Shown one piece after another: positions 1 through 4,612 of a stretch of 6,558 bases of DNA. Under the pieces are notes generated by a model, which was not told the DNA's origin, did not search any database, and saw only the letters and a program-made list of their open reading frames with translations. This DNA is from Dickeya dadantii NCPPB 898 (lineage in GTDB: Bacteria > Pseudomonadota > Gammaproteobacteria > Enterobacterales > Enterobacteriaceae). The DNA lies in NCBI RefSeq assembly GCF_000406145.1, contig NZ_CM001976.1, forward strand, positions 990,605 to 997,162. Reading direction: 5' to 3'. Made by a program: the position numbers and the translations under genes. Numbering within the stretch: position 1 is the stretch's first letter; each line of letters opens with the position of its first letter.

Positions 1-72
1 GAATGTCTCAGGGCGTGAAGCGGACGTAGCGTTTACGGCATGCTCGGTCAATTAACCCTCTAGATAGATGTA

Positions 73-105
73 TATCTTCGGGCTTTTCTTATAAGCCTGA
101 AGATA
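73..105 (-). terminator. Imperfect hairpin downstream of the MFS transporter stop codon; possible terminator
   Basis: TATCTTCGGGCTT (73-85) pairs with AAGCCTGAAGATA (93-105): a 13-bp stem with one mismatch and a 7-nt loop. It lies about 30 nt past the stop at 136-138. There is no clean U-tract on either strand, so this is only a weak terminator call. Confidence 0.3.
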
Positions 106-135
106 CAACCAGTAGCAACCACTTTGAGATGGTGT

Positions 136-1368
136 TTACTGGCTTTGCTTTGTATTTGGCATAAACAGAGTGGCGAATCCCAGCAAAGGCAGGAAAGCAC
201 ACAGTCTGTAAACCCACTCGATGCCATACATATCCGCCAGTTTTCCAAGTCCTGCGGCGGCGAGCCCACCCACACCAAACATCGTACCAAACATGATCCC
301 GGCCACCATCCCTGCACGACCGGGGACGATTTCCTGAGCGTAAACAACAAGCGCAGAGAAAGCCGAAGACAGAATCAGGCCGATAAAAATGGTGAACACG
401 ATCGTCCACACCAGGCCGACGTGTGGCAGTAACAGCGAAAAGGGAATGACGCCTAAAAATGAGATCCAGACCACGGCCTTACGGCCAATGCGATCGCCAA
501 CCGGTCCGCCGGCAAAGGTCCCCACCGCCACGGCCGCAAGAAACGCAAACAGGCAGAACTGCGCGTGCTCCAGTGGCATGCTGAAGCGGTGGACGAGATA
601 AAAGGTGAAATAGTTGCTCAGCGAGGCAATGTAGGTAAATTTGGCGAGCATCAGAACGCTGACCACAACCAGGGCCTGGGATACTTTCACCCTGGAAAGT
701 TTCTGCATCGGGGCGCTGCCGTGGCGCTTCATGTGCGCCTGGCCGTGCCGGGCGGACCACTGGCTGAGCCTGGTCAAAATGACAATGGCGACAAGCGCAC
801 AAAGCATCAGCCAGGCCACAGAAAGCTGGCCATGAGGAATAATCAGCAGCGCGGCCAGCAGAGGACCAAACGCCGAACCCGCGTTCCCGCCGACCTGAAA
901 AGCAGATTGAGCGGTACCAAACTGCCCCCCCGAAGCCATGCGGGCGATGCGGGATGCCTCCGGATGGAATACGGACGATCCAACGCCAACTAGCGCAGCG
1001 GCAAGCAAAATCATCATGAAATTTCCGGCAACCGCGAGCAGTCCGATCCCCAGGAAGGTGACCCCCATTCCCGCGGGCAAAAGAAAGGGTTTGGGGTGTT
1101 TATCGGTGTAAAGCCCGACCCAGGGCTGAAGCAAGGACGCCGTTATCTGGTACACGAGGGATATCAGGCCAATCTGCGCGTACGTGAGCGTAAAGTTCGC
1201 CTTAAGCATGGGATAAATCGAGGGCAGCACGGCCTGAATCATGTCATTACAGCCGTGCGCGAGCGCTGTAGCACCCACGATGCTGACAAGGAACCCCTGA
1301 GTGGAGCCGGTCGTTTCTGAGGCGGGGATCGTCGGTGAATGTTCGGGTTCTGTGGAATGCGAAGCCAT
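136..1368 (-). CDS. fsr: MFS transporter, Fsr (fosmidomycin resistance) family, 410 aa
   Basis: This is the inner ATG (cat at 1366-1368) of the 136..1722 ORF, giving MASHSTEPEH.... The translation is collinear with E. coli Fsr as I recall it. Shared blocks include GCNDMIQ, LLQPWVGLYTDKHP, SSVFHPEASRIARMASGG, AQSAFQVGGNAGSAFGPLLAA, YAQEIVPGRAGMVAGIMFG and YRLCAFLPLLG. The length is similar (about 406 aa in E. coli) and about 12 hydrophobic segments are present. The 118 codons upstream of this ATG overlap the divergent AraC gene and look non-coding. Confidence 0.85.
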   Translation of the reverse strand: MASHSTEPEHSPTIPASETTGSTQGFLVSIVGATALAHGCNDMIQAVLPSIYPMLKANFTLTYAQIGLISLVYQITASLLQPWVGLYTDKHPKPFLLPAGMGVTFLGIGLLAVAGNFMMILLAAALVGVGSSVFHPEASRIARMASGGQFGTAQSAFQVGGNAGSAFGPLLAALLIIPHGQLSVAWLMLCALVAIVILTRLSQWSARHGQAHMKRHGSAPMQKLSRVKVSQALVVVSVLMLAKFTYIASLSNYFTFYLVHRFSMPLEHAQFCLFAFLAAVAVGTFAGGPVGDRIGRKAVVWISFLGVIPFSLLLPHVGLVWTIVFTIFIGLILSSAFSALVVYAQEIVPGRAGMVAGIMFGTMFGVGGLAAAGLGKLADMYGIEWVYRLCAFLPLLGFATLFMPNTKQSQ

Positions 1369-1503
1369 GTTCTTGTCTCTTTGCAGATGAAGGTAAGTCG
1401 GTTTTAATGGTGCGTTTTTTGCTACAGTTGTCCGTAATACCAGTCTTTCACCAGCCAGGACGCCGTCAGCCGGATAATCATAAATGCAGGGCTTTAATCT
1501 GAA
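1369..1503. promoter_or_regulatory. Divergent intergenic region between the fsr-like and AraC-family genes; presumed to hold both promoters
   Basis: A 135-bp gap separates two divergently oriented start codons. No convincing -35/-10 pair or operator could be fixed by eye, and the AraC start at 1504 lacks an obvious Shine-Dalgarno. Confidence 0.35.
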
Positions 1504-2271
1504 ATGCCAAACAATATAGATAAAGCGCCAAGACACGACGAGACGATCGGGTGGTCTGTGCTTGCCAGAAGCTACCGGCGGGGTGATATCGATCCCCCCC
1601 ATTATCACGCTGAGGGGCAATTGCTGTATGCAACTCAGGGGGTGATGCTGGTTGAAACGGGTGAAAAGCGCTGGGTGATCCCCCCTCAGCGCGCGCTCTG
1701 GCTCCCGGTACTTCAGGAGCACAGCTACAGCCTACTTTCACATACCGAACTCCGCACGATGTACTTCAGCCGCAGCCTCATTGACGCGTGCAGTCGCTTT
1801 ACCAAAAGCGACGCCGTCCACGTCATCACAGCGACGGCCCTGGTGAAGGAGCTGATTGCCGGACTGTTTAGCGCCGACTACAAGGCAGCAAGCCAGCGGA
1901 CAATGGCGCTGTTGTTAATGGAGATCCTCAGTGAAGCAGAGCACCGGGTGACCGAACTGCCGATGCCGCAGGACGAGCGCCTGTCCCGGGTGGCCGCCGA
2001 TCTGCTGGTTAACCAGCGCTGGGCAACGCCAGTGAGCGACTTGGCGGATCTGGCGACCATGTCAGAACGTACGTTCTCCCGGCTTTTTATCCAGGACACG
2101 GGGTTCAGCTTCAGAAACTGGAAGCAGCGGGCGCGGATCTGCGTCTCGCTGGATCTACTGTCTGCCGGCGTTCCTATCAAGCAGGTCGCCTATCAGCTCG
2201 GATTTTCCTGCCCGGCCGCGTTTACGGCGGCATTCCGCTCTATATTGGGCGCAACACCCGTGATTTTTTGA
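1504..2271 (+). CDS. AraC-family transcriptional regulator with N-terminal cupin domain, 255 aa
   Basis: The N-terminus has a cupin-like HYHAEGQLLYATQGVMLVETGEKRWVIPPQRALWLP. The C-terminus has the double HTH typical of AraC/XylS (MSERTFSRLFIQDTGFSFRNWKQRARI...IKQVAYQLGFSCPAAFTAAFRSILGATP). The ORF is intact, with an ATG start and TGA at 2269-2271. Confidence 0.85.
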   Translation: MPNNIDKAPRHDETIGWSVLARSYRRGDIDPPHYHAEGQLLYATQGVMLVETGEKRWVIPPQRALWLPVLQEHSYSLLSHTELRTMYFSRSLIDACSRFTKSDAVHVITATALVKELIAGLFSADYKAASQRTMALLLMEILSEAEHRVTELPMPQDERLSRVAADLLVNQRWATPVSDLADLATMSERTFSRLFIQDTGFSFRNWKQRARICVSLDLLSAGVPIKQVAYQLGFSCPAAFTAAFRSILGATPVIF

Positions 2272-2436
2272 TCTAAATTTTGCCGTTATAGGCCCTCTCA
2301 ATGAAAGCACGGATAATCAACTAAATAATTCCGCTAGTAACTCATCGTCCTCTTAAGGTCTGTTGAGGTGGACTTCCGCTTCACGCTCTTGAGGGACAAC
2401 CATACTCAAATCTCCCACATTGCAGGAGATTCGAGT

Positions 2437-2655
2437 ATGAACACGTTACTGTGGAACAAAGACCGTATCATCGGACAAAAAAGACCGCTTCAGATATCTC
2501 ATATCTGAGGGATCCGAATCAGGCTTGAACTGGAAGGTAAAACGCGCGATCTGGACCTGTTCAATATTGCTTTGGACAGTAAGCTGCGGGGCTGTGATCT
2601 AGTTAAACTCAAAGTGTCAGACGTTGCATATGGCAATTCTGTTTCAAGTAGAGCT
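2437..2655 (+). pseudogene. N-terminal fragment of a small tyrosine recombinase/integrase, with an in-frame stop and 3' truncation
   Basis: ATG at 2437 is preceded by AGGAG (2423-2427). The translation is MNTLLWNKDRIIGQKRPLQISHI*GIRIRLELEGKTRDLDLFNIALDSKLRGCDLVKLKVSDVAYGNSVSSRA. From memory this matches the N-terminus of about 200-aa enterobacterial site-specific integrases (...HIWGIRIRLELE...LFNLAIDSKLRGCDLVKLKV.D...). TGA at 2506-2508 occupies the position of the conserved Trp codon (TGG). Recognisable similarity stops near 2655, and no catalytic R..HxxR..Y region follows. Confidence 0.6.
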
Positions 2656-2661
2656 GGCTTG

Positions 2662-2690
2662 CTCCCCATTGTATGCCATACAACAGGGAG
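2662..2690 (-). terminator. Hairpin just downstream of the hns-like stop codon; possible terminator
   Basis: CTCCCCATTGTATG / CATACAACAGGGAG are the two arms. The two internal non-Watson-Crick positions are C-A mismatches in a plus-strand RNA. They become G-U wobbles in the minus-strand transcript, so the structure is better in the hns mRNA. No U-tract follows on the minus strand. Confidence 0.3.
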
Positions 2691-2698
2691 TAATTTGG

Positions 2699-3100
2699 TT
2701 AGATAGCAAAGGTTTCTAGCGTTTTACCACTTTCCAGCGCAGCAGCGATAGCTTTAGGCGTTCGGCCCTGACCTGTCCACGTCTGTTCGTTGCCGTTTTC
2801 ATCGGTATATTTGTATTTGGCAGGACGGGGAGTGCGTTTGGTTTTTGCTGTTTTACTGGTAACAACAGCGCCGAACAGTTCAGACGGATCAATACCATCT
2901 TCCAGCAGTTTTGCACGTAAGGCTTCAATTTTAGCCTGACGCTCTGCGTTTTGTTGCTGTGCGCTGGCTTCTTCTTCACGCCGGTCTTCAACAATGGCGG
3001 TCAGTTTTTCCAGCATTTCTTCCAGTGTTGGCAGATCGGTCTCACGAGCCTGAGCACGAAGGGTGCGAATGTTATTTAATATTTTTAGGGCTTCACTCAT
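2699..3100 (-). CDS. hns: H-NS family nucleoid-associated / xenogeneic-silencing protein (accessory paralogue), 133 aa
   Basis: [20 protein letters not shown]...LEEMLEKL is nearly identical to the H-NS/StpA N-terminal dimerisation helix. The C-terminal [27 protein letters not shown] carries the [12 protein letters not shown]-binding loop. I chose ATG at 3098-3100 (MSEALK) over 3106 because AGGA then lies about 9 nt upstream. Confidence 0.9.
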   Translation of the reverse strand: MSEALKILNNIRTLRAQARETDLPTLEEMLEKLTAIVEDRREEEASAQQQNAERQAKIEALRAKLLEDGIDPSELFGAVVTSKTAKTKRTPRPAKYKYTDENGNEQTWTGQGRTPKAIAAALESGKTLETFAI

Positions 3101-3139
3101 TATCATTTATCCTGAATGTTGAACGTCATAAACATCATA

Positions 3140-3355
3140 CTATAAACGATAAAATAAAGCAGATACTATAAATTTGCTTGATGCCTGATTATCCGTTTTT
3201 GTAAGTTTATATTTCTCGTTCTTGAACTGTTTTTTATTTTTGTTACTTGAATGGTATGTGAAAATAGAAAGCGCGATAAAAAAGATAATTAATCTGGAAA
3301 ATACGGCGACAATATTGACAGTAATATCGGGAAAATCCTGTTTTTCCCATTCCAT
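3140..3355 (-). CDS. Hypothetical 71-aa single-pass membrane protein (speculative)
   Basis: This is the internal ATG (cat at 3353-3355) of the 3140..3448 ORF. The product is MEWEKQDFPD-ITVNIVAVFSRLIIFFIALSIFTY-HSSNKNKKQFKNEKYKLTK.... It has an acidic N-terminus, one hydrophobic span of about 23 residues and a Lys-rich tail (positive-inside pattern). A 102-codon open frame in about 30% GC DNA is unusual. There is no visible Shine-Dalgarno, and the 3' end overlaps the expected hns promoter region. Confidence 0.3.
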   Translation of the reverse strand: MEWEKQDFPDITVNIVAVFSRLIIFFIALSIFTYHSSNKNKKQFKNEKYKLTKTDNQASSKFIVSALFYRL

Positions 3356-3401
3356 GCTTATGAACGGGTTCTGTTTGTTTACAATATCAGCAGGCAACTT
3401 A

Positions 3402-3620
3402 TTAAAAATCAAATAAACTTTGCAGTTGAATCTCCAACCCGGCAGCAATCACCCCAATCACTTCCAGAGTCGGATTCCTAACACCCCTCTCAATGCCGCT
3501 GATATAGGTGCGATCCAAACCGCACTTGTCGGCGAAGGCTTCCTGGGAGAGCCCTGCCTGTAAGCGAAGCGTTTTTACACGTTGCCCAAAACGGGCGGTG
3601 ATGTCTTTTGTATTTTTCAT
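3402..3620 (-). CDS. XRE-family helix-turn-helix transcriptional regulator, 72 aa
   Basis: MKNTKDITARFGQRVKTLRLQAGLSQEAFADKCGLDRTYISGIERGVRNPTLEVIGVIAAGLEIQLQSLFDF is a canonical HTH_3/Cro-CI pattern (G.R.+.LR...GLSQE.LA...G......IS.IERG...P.L..L..IA..L). I chose the start at 3620 because MK.. is the start shared with the paralogue at 3944. Confidence 0.8.
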   Translation of the reverse strand: MKNTKDITARFGQRVKTLRLQAGLSQEAFADKCGLDRTYISGIERGVRNPTLEVIGVIAAGLEIQLQSLFDF

Positions 3621-3672
3621 GCCGATAAGCATCATCCCATGTTGCTTATCAGACCACGGACGATGAGTCACA
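3621..3672 (-). promoter_or_regulatory. Conserved leader/operator segment of XRE copy 1
   Basis: A perfect inverted repeat, GATAAGCA (3624-3631)-N11-TGCTTATC (3643-3650), abuts the start codon. CCACGGAC (3654-3661) and AGTCACA (3666-3672) follow. All these elements recur in the same order upstream of copy 2. Confidence 0.4.
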
Positions 3673-3712
3673 TATGAGCTACTTCGTCGATTTAATCGAT
3701 AAGGTCCAAAAA

Positions 3713-3944
3713 TCAGGCTGGATCGCGGAATACGAAGAGTGTGGTGAGATCGGTATGCAATCCAGTCGCAAGAATATAGAGCACTTCAAGCGTTGGGTTT
3801 CTCACCCCTCGCTCAATGCCGCTGATGTAAGTTCGATCCAGCCCGCACTTTTCAGCGAAGGCTATCCTGAGATAGCCCCGCCTGCAATCTGAGCGCTTTA
3901 ACACGTTGTCCCAGCAGGGTTTTGACCGAATCGGATGTTTTCAT
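3713..3944 (-). pseudogene. XRE-family HTH regulator paralogue disrupted by a +1 nt frameshift
   Basis: ATG (cat at 3942-3944) gives MKTSDSVKTLLGQRVKALRLQAGLSQ, then DSLR*. Removing one base near 3864 (ggctAtcctg here versus ggcttcctg in copy 1) restores EAFAEKCGLDRTYISGIERGVRNPTLEVLYILATGLHTDLTTLFVFRDPA*. The span is 232 nt, which is 3n+1. It could also be a sequencing error. Confidence 0.65.
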
Positions 3945-4050
3945 GGCATAAGCATTCTGTTTTGGTGTTTATAAGTCCACGGACTATTAGTCACAATTCG
4001 GGGCTCGTGTTACGATGTGACTTATCGTCAATAATGAGGAAGGAGGGCGT
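3945..4050. promoter_or_regulatory. Divergent control region between the broken XRE gene and the Ner-like gene
   Basis: This 106-bp gap holds the copy-2 leader: ATAAGCA (3948-3954)-N11-TGTTTAT (3966-3972), CCACGGAC (3977-3984) and AGTCACA (3989-3995). It also holds the inverted partner TGTGACT (4016-4022), CTTATC (4021-4026) and a strong SD, AAGGAGG (4040-4046), for the plus-strand gene. No promoter hexamers were fixed with confidence. Confidence 0.4.
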
Positions 4051-4296
4051 ATGGAGCAACATGACTGGCATCCTGCGGATATCATTGCGGGTTTAAGGAA
4101 GAGGGGAACAACGCTGGCGGCGGTTTCGAGAGAAGCTGGGCTGGCTTCGTCTACGTTGGTAAATACGCTGGTGCGGCATTGGCCTAAAGGTGAGCGCTTG
4201 ATCGCCAACGCGTTGAATAAACGGCCTGAAGAAATCTGGCCTTCGCGGTATCACGACCTCAAGCGCACGCCGAGTGGGGAAGGGAATTCGGAGTGA
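4051..4296 (+). CDS. Ner/Nlp (SfsB)-family small DNA-binding protein, 81 aa
   Basis: DWHPADIIAGLRKRGTTLAAVSREAGLASSTLVNTLVRHWPKGERLIANALNKRPEEIWPSRYHD is collinear with E. coli Nlp/phage Mu Ner as I recall them (DWHPADIIAGLRKKGTSMAA.SR..GLSSSTLANAL.RPWPKGE.IIA.AL...P..IWPSRYHD). A strong SD lies 4 nt upstream. Confidence 0.85.
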   Translation: MEQHDWHPADIIAGLRKRGTTLAAVSREAGLASSTLVNTLVRHWPKGERLIANALNKRPEEIWPSRYHDLKRTPSGEGNSE

Positions 4297-4359
4297 GGGC
4301 GACTTCCCTGATAAGAATGACGTTATTCGTCGTGGTAAGAGTTTTTAAAGTCCGGATGA

Positions 4360-4569
4360 GGTGTTAAGGCCGATTTTCAGGGGCCTGGCTGCATTGTGAT
4401 TACCGTGCTGGATATCCACGCACTGTGGCAAGACCTGCACGCACTGAGTATCGCGCCGTTTGAAGAGTACGCCGTCACGTACTGGCTGAACCGCTTTCCG
4501 GGCGGGCCGGATGTGGCAGGGATGGAGAGCGGGCAGGGCAGTAAGTCACCGGTACTGAGCGGCAGGTAA
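4360..4569 (+). other. GC-rich coding-like remnant, or a short GTG-initiated ORF (4396-4569, 57 aa), of unknown function
   Basis: The frame is open from the TGA at 4357-4359 to the TAA at 4567-4569: GVKADFQGPGCIVITVLDIHALWQDLHALSIAPFEEYAVTYWLNRFPGGPDVAGMESGQGSKSPVLSGR. There is no ATG. The only start candidate is GTG at 4396, with a poor SD. The composition is unlike the flanking AT-rich DNA, and a hairpin follows directly. I recognise no family. Confidence 0.25.
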
Positions 4570-4570
4570 T

Positions 4571-4610
4571 AATAAGCCGTAAGGATCGTTGGGATCGCTT
4601 CCGGCTTATT
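4571..4610. terminator. Strong hairpin between convergent reading frames; candidate bidirectional intrinsic terminator
   Basis: AATAAGCCG...CGGCTTATT forms the outer 9 bp, with AAG/CTT and GATC/GATC inner pairs. That gives about 16 bp with one mismatch and one bulge, and a loop of about 5 nt. It starts 2 nt after the TAA at 4567-4569 and ends 2 nt before the immunity-gene stop (4613-4615). GTTTAAAT follows on the plus strand and AUUAUUA on the minus strand. Confidence 0.5.
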
Positions 4611-4612
4611 GT

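Larger units (their letters stand above)
3402..3995 (-). repeat. Diverged tandem duplication: two XRE gene-plus-leader modules (3402-3672 and 3713-3995)
   Basis: By hand alignment the proteins are about 69% identical (50/72 after correcting the frameshift). The 51-52 nt leaders are about 75% identical with one indel. Confidence 0.65.

Noticed and set aside
60-1320. Short ORFs overlapping the MFS gene (60..350 -, 89..409 -, 124..432 +, 389..601 +, 479..802 -, 565..993 +, 641..835 +, 1096..1320 +)
   Set aside because: All are nested in or antisense to the Fsr-like frame. They have low-complexity, Arg/Cys/Trp-rich translations and no family resemblance.
1369-1722. The N-terminal 118-codon extension of the MFS ORF (136..1722 in the track)
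   Set aside because: The extension has no resemblance to Fsr-type transporters and is rich in Arg/Pro/His. It runs antisense across the AraC start. The ATG at 1368 gives a protein of the expected family length.
2255-2275. The possibility that the AraC gene's C-terminus (..GATPVIF*) was clipped by insertion of the acquired block
   Set aside because: The second HTH is complete through the usual G.TP..(Y/F) end, so the protein looks full length. The composition change after the stop is real, but a truncation is not supported.
13-2386. A 12-nt inverted match, GCGTGAAGCGGA (13-24) and TCCGCTTCACGC (2375-2386), with some flanking similarity. It brackets the fsr-araC pair like terminal inverted repeats.
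   Set aside because: My rough estimate is that 2-3 such 12-mer matches are expected by chance in a 6.5-kb window on both strands. There is no transposase, no target duplication, and the flanking similarity is patchy. It is worth a dot-plot but is not a supported mobile element.
2716-3171. ORFs 2716..2994 (-) and 2959..3171 (+) overlapping the hns-like gene
   Set aside because: They are off-frame or antisense to an unambiguous H-NS reading frame.
3222-3416. A 64-aa plus-strand ORF in the AT-rich spacer
   Set aside because: It is shorter and statistically weaker than the minus-strand frame it opposes. It has no SD and would run head-on into the XRE gene's 3' end.
3674-3892. A 72-aa plus-strand ORF starting at the CATATG site, antisense to the frameshifted XRE gene
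   Set aside because: It has no recognisable fold or motif and only a weak SD. It exists exactly opposite a sequence under demonstrable selection in the other strand's frame, so it is most likely a by-product. Only conservation analysis could revive it.
4315-4328. A 14-bp near-palindrome, GAATGACGTTATTC, just downstream of the Ner-like gene
   Set aside because: It has one mismatched pair. By rough estimate, several palindromes of this quality are expected by chance in the window, and it recurs nowhere else.
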